This document shows positions 26,816 through 39,659 of a stretch of 64,000 bases of DNA, one piece after another. The stretch's first letter is position 1. Every line of letters starts with the position of its first letter. The notes below the pieces were generated by a model. The model had not been told where the DNA came from and ran no database searches. It saw only the letters and a program-made list of their open reading frames with translations. Source of the stretch: Octopus sinensis (lineage: Eukaryota); contig NC_042998.1 in the NCBI RefSeq assembly GCF_006345805.1, forward strand, positions 156,240,001 through 156,304,000, given 5' to 3'. The position numbers were made by a program, and so were the translations under genes.

Positions 26816-27060
26816 TCTCTATATATATAAAACTGAGAATGTGTGTGTGTCTGTCTGTCTGTCTGTGTGTTTCCCTAAAACTTGAGAACTACACAACCAA
26901 TTTCATTCAAATTTTACACATGCCTTACTTAGGGTCCGGGGAGTGTCATCGACAAAAAAAAATGTTCAACTTCTTGCCTAGGGCGAGCCCATAGCAATAT
27001 CATATCTTCTCCACAATTTCACGTGTTAAAAGTGAAACAAAAACATTTCTCTATTTTATG
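26816..27060 (+). mobile_element. Non-autonomous Helitron 5' part (second family)
   Basis: A|TC start, tctatatatataaaactgag, (GTCT)n tract, then accaatttcattcaaatttt; 3' end not located. Confidence 0.6.
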
Positions 27061-27399
27061 TCAGATACTTTCACTTTAACAATAAAAATTAGAGATAATA
27101 ACAATTGAATTATATGTAGTAAGTAATAATTAAAATCAAACTAAAGTATAATATAATAATTAAATCGTAACATAACAATTAAAAGTAAAAATTAGCAATT
27201 GGTATAAAATTGCATCAATGACTTGAACTTGAATAAGTGGTTTCACATGAATGGGAATAAATAAAAAATAAAATTTAAGTGCTGAAATGGAATAGTTCAG
27301 ATGGAGCTGTGCACATACCCTTTACCACGGCTTTTACATTAGATTATCTGCTAATTAGCTAGCATTAAGTATCTATAAGAAGTTTGGCTGTATGTAATG

Positions 27400-28250
27400 T
27401 CTGTTTTCTCGAACAGCCGCTTCTACTGAGTACTGCTGTTGGTTTATTTCTTATACATAAATGACTATAGCTTCAACTGAGTACTGCTTTTTGATTTACC
27501 GTATGGTTTGTTGCTATTATTATTACTGTTTAACTATTGCTATCACGTTTGTTGGTTCCTCGTAAGGGAAGCGTTGTTGTGTTGCATTTGTTAAATAATT
27601 GTAAACCGTAAACCTCCCCCTTTGGGAGAAGGAGCTTTGGTTATTTTTAAAAATTGAATTGTGTCCCTGTTTGGGGAAATTGACAATATTTTCACCGTTT
27701 ATACGGAAGTATTTTTATTAAAATGTCTTCGATAGAAGAAAGTCCAAAAATGAATTTCGCTGCAGGCGTCGGCGGGCGCGAACTCATTAAAATTGAAATG
27801 GAAGAAATACAAACCTATTTCGGATTGATCACCGACAAAGACGGTGAATCTAGGATAACACCACCAAACGAAATAAAAAATTAAAGAAAAGAAAAGACTA
27901 TTGTCTATAAAGTATACAATGTAGAGAAAAAAAAAATTTGAACACCTGGAGGAAAGCACAATTGAAAAGTGTCTTGGTGCTATGAAAGATATCAAGTATC
28001 TAACCAGAGGCGGTAAATTCGCCACAATAGAAGCAAGGTTCGGGTCAACGGAGCGTGCAAGGGAGTACTCGACTCGAACCTTGCAAAGTGGAAATATTTT
28101 ATTTTTACCTTTATATTTGGGACGTAGGACGTCCCGGATAAAAATTTAAAATATCCCCCCAGAAGTAGAGGTGGGTTGGATTGTAGCCACACTTCTATAC
28201 AAGAAGGAGGACAAGATACAAATGATCGAAATTGCAAGAGACAGGCCTAC
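27400..28250 (+). mobile_element. ORF1-like (RRM-type) retroelement, 3'-truncated copy
   Basis: Frame from ATG at 27723 (internal stops) reads KTIVYKVY...IEKCL...TRGGKFATIEARF...FLPLYLGRRTSRIKI...IPPEVEVGWIVA, homologous to the ORFs at 57-63 kb. Confidence 0.75.
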
Positions 28251-30489
28251 AATTCCAATCTGTTATATATTTTGAGTATTGTTATCACTAGCAATATCAA
28301 GATATAACTTTGTATTTTGTATTTTATGTGTAGATGTATATATATAGATGTACATGTAATATGTACACATATATATACATATATATACATGTCGGGTCAT
28401 AATGCTAGTTCACCAATAAATTTAAGGAATTAATTTTAAGCAAGCTGTAGTAAACAATTGTTATAACTGAAACTATTTTATCAGTCAAATAGATAGAAAA
28501 ATAAATCTGTGAAGTTACTCAGAGATGTTATCTGCACCAAAAACACTAGTTAAGTAGAAATATCTGCGCGTTTAGGCTAAAACAACATTAGCTCACGTTT
28601 GGAAAATACGGGATATAACTCCAAACAAATTTGTATCTCATTAGACCTGCTCAGTGCTTGTTGGAATAGTGGTGGACAATGACCAAATTGATGTACAATT
28701 ATGTACACAAGTGAAAAATATAGAATGGAAAATGCAAAACGCGAAATATTAGCATATTTAAAAACTATATGACCGAGATTACTTCTTCAAAGGTGTCACC
28801 CACGGGGAAAATAATAACTTAGTGGTGACATATCTAAGGTAATGAGAATTAAGCATCTAATTAGATCAATGATTAATAAATAATTATTATTTCGGCGAAT
28901 ACGATAGACAATTCATTGATCTAATGATCAATTTTATTCTCAAGTTGCTTCGAATCAAGGTTTGTGTGTGCGTGTGTGTGCTTACTGCTTTAAATATGTT
29001 AACACTGACTTAATTGTAGTTTTTCCCGTGGACGGCGTCTCTGGGTAATTGATTTCAGTGGTTTATTATTTTTAAAATATGCTAATTTTCGAGCTTAGTC
29101 GAGTACATTGCCTTATATTTATTTAGAAGTCTCTCACCACTACATCAACAAGTACATTGAAGTTTATATATTGGTGCAGAAGTTGGAAACCTCTCTACTA
29201 GTGTTTTCCATACTTGCCAAAATTATCAAAATAATCTTACTCATTAAAGTCAGTGTCTTTTCTTCTGCGCATAAATATTCCTTATTAAATTTTTGATGTT
29301 AACTGCAATAAATATGCTAATACTGACTTAACTATTTTATCGAATCATTACTACAAGCTTTTGACCATAGTTTCTTATGAAGTATCTAAAATTCGACTGT
29401 TTAATTCTAATTCACGATTAAAATACAGAAAATTACCTGTTTTTGCTTTTAACCACAAATTTTAGTTTAATCCAAAAATACAATTTCCACGAGATTTTAT
29501 CTGAAACAGTGTCCTTTGTTAAACTAGAACCGAATTACTGTGGATGATATCTTACTTCAAAGATTTTTCTAACCGAGCTTAAAATGATTTCATTTGTTGA
29601 GTACACTTAATAATTCTTAATTTAAGAGACGACCTTTCCATTTCTGATGCATTTAACCCGAGTTTAGACTGCTCGAGTTTTTCAGCAGCAATTAATGTCA
29701 TAAATTAAGCATTTGCGACTTGAACTTTCCCTGCGAAATTTCTATTACATCAGAAACGAACTCTAACTTGAACAAGAACAAAGCTGTTTCTAGAAGAACC
29801 GTTGTCATAATAAGCTGATATTACACTAAAACTAACTCTTACAAACTAAGTCGCTTTCGAATTTTCTTTTTCACCTAACTATAAACAAAATGTTAGCAAA
29901 TAACTTTGTCTCATTTACATGACATAACGCATACTCTTGAATATATTCTAACAGCTTATATTCAATTAGTATGGACAAGTAATCAAGCATAGCTTAATCC
30001 TGTAAATAATGGTTAACTATCACATTCAACTCAAGAAAAGAATACCTCACTTCAGAACCTCTTAGAACACTTTAAAAATAGCATCAAAATCTCCCTAAAA
30101 ATCACATCTGAACAGTACATTAGATATTGTAGATGTCTGTCAGAATAACAGAATTGATTGTCACAGATGGAAGACCATTAATCATAGGTCTCTCCAATGA
30201 TGAACTGGTTGCTAAACAACAATACCACTTTATGCGCTATTGCGTGTATAAGCAAACAATTAGTTTGCAAGCATAACAGATTGATGGATTTTGTTTTGCT
30301 TTCATATAACTCATACCATCATAAATGGCGAGTGATGTTCTTACTTACACTACGTGGCTCCTGTTAGACATAAAAGACCGACTTGCAAAAAGCAAAAACA
30401 GCTACATTTATAGTAAAGTGGGTATTTCTCCATTACTCCATTCTTTCTGGCAGCTCATTTCACTATTACACGGGAAAATACGAACTAGA

Positions 30490-30660
30490 GAAATAATATT
30501 ATAAATCTGGAAAAGGACAGGATAGGACAAGTTATTACACTTGGAAAAGTTCAGGACAACTTATTACATCTGGTAAAGTACTGAACAAGAAAGTTTTACT
30601 TAAAATATCGCAACTAAAGATAAAATTTCAAATAAAATATTTAGATTTAGAAAATATTAG
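30490..30660. repeat. Dispersed ~170-bp repeat (second copy at 56575-56740)
   Basis: Near-identical aggacaagttattacacttggaaaagttcaggacaacttattacatctggtaaagtac...tttagaaaatatt. Confidence 0.85.
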
Positions 30661-31649
30661 CTTTTTGTTGCATGGGACCAAAACTATGAAATTATTTACG
30701 CTTTCTTCTATCATTGAAGCATAGATAAATATATTTTGCTTTGAAGGTAAAAAAGTTATTTAGATCTAAACCTGATTGGTGGCGTTACTTACTCTCCTAT
30801 AATATCGCTACAAATTTTGATGTAAACTTTTTTCTACTGGACAAAATCTCATTTTGTTATGCCAAAATGTAGCTAGGGAGCAGTCCTCTTCAAAAATCTT
30901 AATGGCTTTCCATTTGGTTAAGAACGGAATTAGTGACAAGCTCTGAAAGATGCTGCGTGTGAGTAAATTGCGGCTGTAAATTGCTATCCTCGTTGAATGA
31001 TTGCATATCTTAATCTTTGGTCCTCGAATTAAGCAGAATCAAAAGTTATTGTTCTATACTAACTTGCTCGAAAATATCTAATTTTCGTTTGAGTATTAAA
31101 GGCAGTTTTATATTTCTATATTGCACATACACGTATCATCATTACTATTAAGCATATTTTAAAATGCTTAGTAGTAACAAAAGTAACTTTTGTAAAGGAA
31201 TACAAATTTCATGTCCTGACATTTGCTGCACCTGACGCCACCATTTTGTACATTATATGTAAAACTACTTACTATGCATTATTCTTATACAGCACGACAA
31301 AGACAAAAATAAATAACATCGCTTTCACCCTTTATTCGTTATTCCAATTTCTTAACTCTCTTAGCATATTCCTAACTTTACATACATAAATATATTGATC
31401 GATTCCGGGCTGACTTGTACTGCCGAAGTTAATTTTGCTGGTATGTTTCATTAATATGTGGAGAAAGTTAAGATTCTAGAAATAATCTTATTTTCTCATT
31501 TGGAGATGGTTGCAATTGCCACAAGGCTTTTGTTTATTCTTCTCTGAAAGGTAAGATATTTTCAGTAACTGTACACACATGAAAATATCTATATATGTCT
31601 ACGTATCTATGTGTGTGTGCTTGTGTGTGTGTGTGTGGTGTGTGTGTGT

Positions 31650-32900
31650 TCTATTTTTTAATTATTATAAATCTTCCACTGAGGAAGGAGCCGGGATGAA
31701 GTTAACATAGACAAATTCATATTTGGAATTTGAGTAAAAGTCTTGCATATTTTTACTGTTCCACCCACAGATTGCACTTGTAATGTACGAATCAGCCGGT
31801 CAGTTTCTCCTTCTGAAAATCTCAGTTTATCCAGATTCTCCTTTAAGCATTTACTAACAAAACCTAATTCTCCAATTACTATTGGTATGAATATGAATTC
31901 ATAGTCTAGATATAGAAACTGGGGTTTTCAAAGCAGTTGTCCATAGATATCCTCTTTTTCTTTGATTTTCAAAGAGATATTCATATCTGCAAGGCAGCTG
32001 ACCTCTATGACGGTACATACCTTTGCCCCTCTGTCCCAAACAACATTATCCGGCCTGTTATGTTTACATTTGACAGGAGTTTTGATGGGAATATTCCACC
32101 AGTGTTCCTTGAGTTGGTGTTTATGAATGTATTCCATAACAGAAGGATTTTCTAAGTTTATTTCAGGACAGTCATTTTTGCGGATGACATTGTAAATTGT
32201 TTTGGCGACAATATCATGCCACATAGAGAGATAATACCGTGACGATATTTTAGGACAGCTGCTAATCACCTGCGGTTGCACCTTGGGATTACAAGAGCCT
32301 CACTGTCTCTTGTTCACAGGTACTTTGTGGCAATCTCCTGTTTCATGAAGCAAATACATAGCCTTCAAAATGTGATGCGATGTTATGGTCTTGTGTCTAA
32401 GAGAGGCTGTGCTTCGTGTCAATTCTACTGTGTTCTTCAAGCTTCCGGGCAGCATACCCATGTAGAGTCTGTTATGTATGCCTTGTGCTTTCCATCCAAG
32501 TCTTCTCTGAGGTAAGAGAGCCCAGCTGTTTTGGGACTGCATAGCTCATCAGGAAGAGAGTGTTTCTTGAGGAGCTCACTGCCAACTCGTACAATATTCC
32601 TCACTTCACTTTTCAGTACTGCATTTATATATTTATTTTTGCTGCTGTTGTTCAGCAGGTGCTGCCCGAGTGATACGATAGGGCATTCGAAGGCTATCTG
32701 CACTGATCTCAGGCCTCTACCACCTTCATTTCTTCTTAGGTAGAGCCTGTCAACATCACTGTTTCTGTGGAAAGGCTTCCAAATAAAGAAGCGAGTGCTA
32801 GATACACAAAAAGGGGATAAATTCATTAGCTGAGTTGGTAAACGTTTTTGATTTTCATTCCATTTCATGAATTTATCCCCTGTTTGTGTATCTAGCATTC
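31650..32900 (-). mobile_element. R4/Dong-like LINE, 5'-truncated (RT C-terminus plus RLE)
   Basis: FHRNSDVDRLYLRRNEGGRGL, ISSCP, KHNRPD.VVWD and IEVSC.AD.N...K..EKEDIY motifs; frameshifted; 3' end abuts (CA)n. Confidence 0.9.
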
Positions 32901-33109
32901 GCTTCTTTATTTGGAAGCCTTTTAATGTATTTATATATGAATAACGTATAGTCTAATGACTAATTCGTCTTTTGTGCTAGGTCACTTGTAATAATAATTT
33001 ATTTTTATTACCCTATTTACTATGTTTAAATATTGCTCGATAAATTTGCTCGCAAATTTTTACCGGCATCCTCTTTGTCGCCGGGTATGGTTTGCGTCTG
33101 CAGTGAAAA

Positions 33110-33232
33110 GCGTGTCTGGACCAATGCATTGTTTCAAATGGAGAATATTTGAAGGTGATTAAATTGTAAACTTGAAAAGCTAAGTGAATAAAATAATATT
33201 GCAAATTTCCGGTTTCTTTTGGGTACGCCTTC
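33110..33232 (+). mobile_element. Mariner 3' end fragment (family of 13904-15200)
   Basis: aaacgtgtctggacc...tttcaaatggagaata...ccggtttcttttt shared with 15075-15200. Confidence 0.8.
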
Positions 33233-33439
33233 GGATATTACAGAATGTAGAGAAAGGGATAATGCTTCCGTAGAAGCAAGTGTTTCATACAAAATGAAAA
33301 TCCAGGAATTTTTTTTAGTTTTTGTGTAGGAAACAACAAGCAAACGTATGGTGGTACTGCTAACCTAGAAATAAATGTGATTCCAATAACGCTATTCTCT
33401 TTCTTGATATATATATATATATATTGCGTACTCTGGCTA

Positions 33440-33670
33440 ACTCTCTGGTGTATAGGTGCTTGCGACTGAGGATAAACTAAATAGCTCGAAACTGAGTCAA
33501 TTTCGCTATCCTGACGCCTGCTAGAGGGTGGTTGGGGTTCGCTCCTCCTGCTAACAATATATTGTATATAAAGGGTACAGAGTCGCACCGATAACCAACT
33601 GGCGGAGAATCTGCTTGGTGTTAAACTAGTAGTAACGTGGAACAACCACTTTAATGTGGCGACTGACTTT
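33440..33670 (+). mobile_element. PLE pLTR-like repeat (related to 37755-37860 and 53215-53460)
   Basis: Shared cctgctagagggtgg, gataacca.ctgg.ggagaatc, ccacttt.at.tggcgactga and ggggttcgctcc motifs; decayed hammerhead-like core at 33466-33498. Confidence 0.5.
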
Positions 33671-33939
33671 ACTTTTTAGTATAGTTACTACTCTGGTCTC
33701 TTCTTGAGATTTTACAACTTGTTATTTTGCTTATATATATATATCGAGGGTAAGGCCTGAACAATGTGAAGTAAATGCAAGGTAAATCACAAGTAAACAA
33801 ATATATGAATTAATGTAGAATTACCTGGCATTCAATATTTTGGGGTTATGACCCAACATTCACACGCGTTAATTTACTGAGGATGGGGTCATAACCCCGA
33901 AATATTGAATACAAGGTAACTCTATCAAATTCACAACAA

Positions 33940-34586
33940 AAACCAGCTACAATGAACTACTATTCCTAGACATTCACATCAAAATATATAACTCCACTGT
34001 CGCAACAGCCATATTTTACAAAAAAACACACACCAATATTTAAATGTCTACTCTTGCCACACCTCGAACATCAAAAGGAACATTCCATACAGTATGGCAA
34101 AACGCATCTCCACCATAGTAACTGACCCACAAACACTCTGTAAAACTTTTAAATAATGGAGTTTCGAAAGCAATGAAATTAGACATCACACAACTTAGGA
34201 CTCCAAAAGAAAAAAGCAAGAAACATACTATTCTATTTATTAACATATACAACCCTGAAATAACCAATATTTTCCACGTTATACATTCAAACGTACCATT
34301 ACTTTTACGGAGACTCAAAATGAGAAAAACTGATAGACAAAAACTACCTGCGAAATAGTGAACACCAAGAAAAAAAACCTTAAAAATCAACTTACAAGAG
34401 CAAAATTGACATAGGCGCAGGAGTGGCTGTGTGGTAAGTAGCTTGCTAACCAGCCACATGGTTCCGGGTTCAGTCCCACTGCGTGGCATCTTGGGCAAGT
34501 GTCTTCTGCTATAGCCCCGGGCCGACCAATGCCTTGTGAGTGGATTTGGTAGACGGAAACTGAAAGAAGCCTGTCGTATATATGTG

Positions 34587-34621
<35 letters not shown>

Positions 34622-35086
34622 TTGTCCCCCTAGCTGTGCTTGACAACCGATGCTGGTGTGTTTACGTCCCCGTCACTTAGCTGTTCGGCAAAAGAGACCG
34701 AAAGAATAAGTACTGGGCTTACAAAGAATAAGTCCCGGGGTCGATTTGCTCGACTAAAGGCGGTGCTCCAGCATGGCCGCAGTCAAATGACTGAAACAAG
34801 TATCAGAGAATGAAACAGAATTCTTTGTAAAGGAATGTGGAGACAGCAGATGTTGAATATGCAACAACAACAATAACTACAAATATATAGACAGTGACAC
34901 CCACATAAAATTTAAGAATGGATTCTTATTCAAAGTAAAAGCAAAGACACAAAACCTCATACACTGCATTACTTACCCTAAATGCAAGGAGAATTATATT
35001 GGCGAAACCAATAATTCCCTTTGCCAATGCGCAAGAATCCCCAGACAGCACATCCGACAAGAGGAGCTACGGAAAATTCCACTGAC

Positions 35087-35090
<4 letters not shown>
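33940..35090 (+). mobile_element. Penelope-like element fragment (RT C-terminus plus GIY-YIG), interrupted by a SINE
   Basis: ELLFLDIHI...AIFYKKTH...NIPYSMAKRISTI and NLIHCITYPKCKENYIGET. Confidence 0.9.
34413..34801 (+). mobile_element. Full-length SINE family A inside the PLE
   Basis: Well-preserved ggcgcaggagtggctgtgtggtaagtagc...gggttcagtccc...ctgaaacaag. Confidence 0.92.
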
Positions 35091-35117
<27 letters not shown>

Positions 35118-35609
35118 TAATCCACCAATGTGAAGTCTATATGGATTAGATTGTATATATGTTAAAGATGATCTCAACCCATTGCTAGATCCTTTATACC
35201 ACATCTGCAAAACACTCCAGATTCCAAAATTCTATAAGAACAGCTGCTTTCCCTCTTCTGTACTTGGTTCTCTTTCTCCTTTAGAAAATTCTAGGTGGGA
35301 GCTTTGAAATATATTCAAAACAAAACAGCCAACTAGAAATAGATGAATTTGGAAATATAATTGTGACAGCATTGTGTATTGTTTTTTTTTTCTTTTTAAA
35401 TTCCTTTTTGCAGTCTGAAGGACAAATACTCGGACAAAAATCAAGAGTAGTGGCTAAAATGACCAAAACTTTCCAAATTTATTTAACCACAGAGATGAAA
35501 CTTTAATTATATTAATTAACTATTTAAAAAAAAATCATAATGTGTGTGTGGTGTGTGTATGTATGCACAAGTATGAATCTGTACATATATAGATGTCTTT
35601 GAGTGTGTG

Positions 35610-35714
<105 letters not shown>

Positions 35715-35967
35715 ATTATTTCTAAGTCTCTCCAAAGGAGACTACGGCAGCGGTACTGGATATTAATAGTTATCGCCAAGCTATTATGGCAGTCCATAAA
35801 TATAGGACGAATGCTGCCGTTGATTAGCTCCAAGAGGCCATCGCCTCTAGCTAACACTGTGACACACAAACCTGTGTCCACTATAACCTTCGAACAGGGG
35901 AGGTCAGCCGCTTCCCCTTGCTGGTCAGGCATCTGCAGACTAGTTTCAGGGTATTTGTCCTTTATCA

Positions 35968-36153
35968 ATGCAGAGCAGCCGAACTCAGCAGGCGTCGTCG
36001 CTATTTACCTAAATTTAGTGGAATACATCCACTGGTTTTCAAAAATATATATACATACACATGCAGAGCAGCCGAACTCAGCAGGCGTCGTCGCTATTTA
36101 CCTAAATTTAGTGGAATACATCCACTGGTTTTCAAATATATATATACATACAC
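35968..36153. repeat. 93-bp direct tandem duplication
   Basis: Unit 35968-36060 repeated from 36061; about the first 75 nt are identical. Confidence 0.9.
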
Positions 36154-36195
36154 ATACATATATATACATGCATATAAAAGTTCACCAACTGAGTA

Positions 36196-36569
36196 AATAA
36201 CATGAAATACGTAAAGAAACGAGAGGAAAATGAGTGAAATACGTAAACAACGAGAACAAAAAGGAAAACAGGACAAGTTTACAAAGAGAAAGGACCCTTC
36301 ATCAGTTGTCGGCTGTCTATCTACTCCTCATTTCAAGCATTCAACGACAATATGAGTCTTCAGAGACAGTTGCTTCCATGAATTCTAAAATGAAATTTAG
36401 GATTTATGGAGGGTCAAACCTGAGAATTAAAAAATTACAATGGAGACCGAACGAAAACAAACATGGATGGCCGTTAGACTAAAGCGAGAGTTTTCTTCCT
36501 CCATCCTTCTCTAATTCTATTTTTCTTCCCTTCCCTCCTTCACCGTTTTCTATATGTCTCTCTCTCTCC

Positions 36570-36606
<37 letters not shown>

Positions 36607-36923
36607 ATCTTTTCTCTTTTCAAAAATATTCCTCCCAGCATTCACCATTTTCCTCTCGTTCTGGTCTAATGACCTTCCATGTTTGTTTTCGTCCGGTTTC
36701 CTTGTATGTCTCAACTGTCATTTTTTGTTCCTAACTTCGCCCTCCATAAATCCTTAATTTTATTTTAGAATTGATGGGAGCAACTGCATTTGAAGACTCA
36801 TATTGTCGTTGAATGCTCGAAATGAGAAGTAGATACACAGCCAACAACTGATGAAGAGTCCTTTCTCTGTGTAAACTTGTCCTGTTTTCTTTTTTTATCA
36901 TAGTTTACGTATTTCATGTTATT
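36196..36923. mobile_element. Foldback element with ~200-bp inverted arms, probably PLE-derived
   Basis: Arms 36196-36413 and 36740-36923; pyrimidine-rich spacer; CTGATGA and CTGAAGA motifs in the arms. Confidence 0.6.
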
Positions 36924-36970
36924 TGCAACGTTGGCGACCTCCTGTATCCACATATGCATGCATATATATA

Positions 36971-37345
36971 CTAGCAGTATCGCCCGGCGTTGCTCGGGTT
37001 TGTTTCGACCTTTTAGAATTGGAATTTTTGAAAAGTAAATATTTTGAATTATGTAGCTTGTGAATATTTTTCTGACTGAAATACATCGAAAAATGGCGAC
37101 ACAGCAGTCAAAAAGTCGTTAAAAATAGGGATTTTCATAGAAAAAAAGCTCCTTTTGATGTAAATAATTTTTGGTGTTAATATGGTTCGATTTCAATTTT
37201 TTCTTCTACGGAAGAAAGAGCAGGCCCTCTCCTATCATAATCTCAATTTTAGTCAACTTGCGCCGCAGGGTCTCGGAGGAGATAGTGTTAGTTGAAGGAT
37301 ACAAAACCTGCCGTACACAGACAACTTCAGCTTCTTATATATATA
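36971..37345 (-). mobile_element. Complete non-autonomous Helitron
   Basis: Minus-strand 3' end: hairpin cccgagcaacgccggg, 8 nt, then CTAG|T; the 5' end merges into (TA)n; same family as 5425-5685. Confidence 0.88.
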
Positions 37346-37363
37346 TATTATATATATATATAT

Positions 37364-37420
<57 letters not shown>

Positions 37421-37466
37421 TATATATTATCTTTTATTTAATTGTACGCGACGCATCCATTTCCAA

Positions 37467-37552
<86 letters not shown>

Positions 37553-37690
37553 TAATATATTATATATATGTATGTATTATGTATATGCATAGTATATGTA
37601 TATGTATATATATATATATGTATGTATATATATATATATGTATGTATGTATATATGTATATATGTGTGTGTGCGTGTATATATAAGCAAA
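37345..37690. repeat. (TA)n/(TG)n/(TATG)n compound microsatellite
   Basis: Direct inspection. Confidence 0.9.
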
Positions 37691-37857
37691 ATAGCTAGTT
37701 GTAAAGTTTCAAGTAGAGACCAGAATTGTAACTATACTAAAAAATAAAGTTATGATACCTGCTAGAGGGTGGAAGGGCATTATTTATAAAAGGTTCAGAG
37801 ATGCACTGATAACCAGCTGGTGGAGAATCATGAAGCAGCCACTTTGATATGGCGACT

Positions 37858-37923
<66 letters not shown>

Positions 37924-38149
37924 GAAATAAGAAAATGGAGAAATATATCGAAATCAAATATCAATTACCAGATAATACTCAATCACATACTTTATTAAGC
38001 CACCACATAAGAAACTATAAGGTTAAACATAATAATGTAGGGCAAAACAGTGTACATAAAGGAGTGTACATAAAAGAGTAATGTTATACAATAAGTAGAA
38101 TATGTATAAGAGAAAATAAATATAAGTACACATAAATATAAATATAGAC

Positions 38150-38285
38150 TACATCTTACAGCTGTTTCGGCCATGTAGATAAGTATGTCTCATATTACTT
38201 ATATTAGCCATTTGTGGTAGGTCAATATGTAGTTATAAATGAGACATTTACAAAAATATCCTAAGGCCGCTTCGGAGATTATGTG
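38150..38285 (-). ncRNA. Decayed minimal hammerhead ribozyme with long stem II
   Basis: aucu-CCGAAGC-GGCC...augucucau...augagacau...GGCC-GAAA-CAGCUG-U-A-agau; palindromic stem III ACAGCUGU; two core substitutions relative to CUGAAGA. Confidence 0.65.
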
Positions 38286-39482
38286 ATACAAATCAGATTA
38301 CATACATACTTATATAGGTGTGGGTACATACCCATAATAAAACATATATATATACATATGAGTGCATATACTCATACTCCTATACATATAAATATACATA
38401 TACATAATGATATAAATAATATAAATTAATAAACATACATATGTTCCACATTCAATGTTACAGTTTTTCAACTTAATATTGTGATAATTACAATGTAGAA
38501 AAACATACACATATTAATACCTAAATGCAGATATACAGAGTCATGAGTACATTATGTTAATTCTTATTAATTTCCAAAATGTCATTAATGTTAGCATCAT
38601 TATCATTGTCATTACCACTAATGCTACCAATATCATCATTCATATTATTATTAATAACGCTAATACTAGAAAAATAATACATAGATTCCATTATTAGCAA
38701 TATAGTCACAATAGTACTACAATACCATGCAAAGTGTTAGATATCCGCATATACATACGAAATATGAAGTACCAGCATTCTGTTTACACTACATTAAGAT
38801 CCACAGGTGCACATATGTAAGTCCGAGTTCAAGTTTATAATTTTCCTTGTGACATAAATACACAATTACTTTCAGAAATGGTTGCGGATCTAGCGCTAAA
38901 ATATGATTGGCTTGTGGATTTGAATTTAAATTACCATTGTCTTCCTTACGGTTGTTTTATTGAGTGCGTTAGATTTCTACTACACCAGCGTAGGCATGGG
39001 AAAAACTATACCAACATTTGTACACAGACACACACATACACGCGCACATCCGCACATATACATATACATATACACTCTCATGCACTGTGTCTGCAAACAT
39101 TCGCGTATACTTATATACACATTCAAATATGCATTTGCGTACTCATACATATAAGAAAAACATATACATATATATCCAACCATGAATATACATATCCATA
39201 CAATAATATACATACACATATATATACATATGAATACATTTCGACATACCCACATATATTTACTAAATTACAAAATATATGTCTGTCATCGAGTGGCGTA
39301 TAGCTAAACCAGCGCAGGCAGGGAAAGCTATAGCAGCGTTTATACACTCACACACATACTCACATGCACATCCGCACATATCTATAAACATTAATACACT
39401 CCCATATACTGTGTCTGCAGACATTCGCATATACATATATACATATTCAAATATATATATGCGCACTCATATGTATAAGAAA

Positions 39483-39556
<74 letters not shown>

Positions 39557-39659
39557 ACCCATGAATACACATATACATAGTTTGTGTGTGCGTGTGTGTT
39601 TGTACATTAGCACTACGTATGTATATATGTACTTTTTGCCTTGGACCTGTGACCATGAG

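Noticed and set aside
31678-31700. CTGAGGA motif
   Set aside because: It is the antisense of the R4/Dong 3' UTR, with no downstream GAAA junction.
35730-35965. Possible HDV-like ribozyme in GC-richer islands (also 13325-13590)
   Set aside because: The nested double pseudoknot could not be assembled by eye; it needs an RNArobo or Infernal search.
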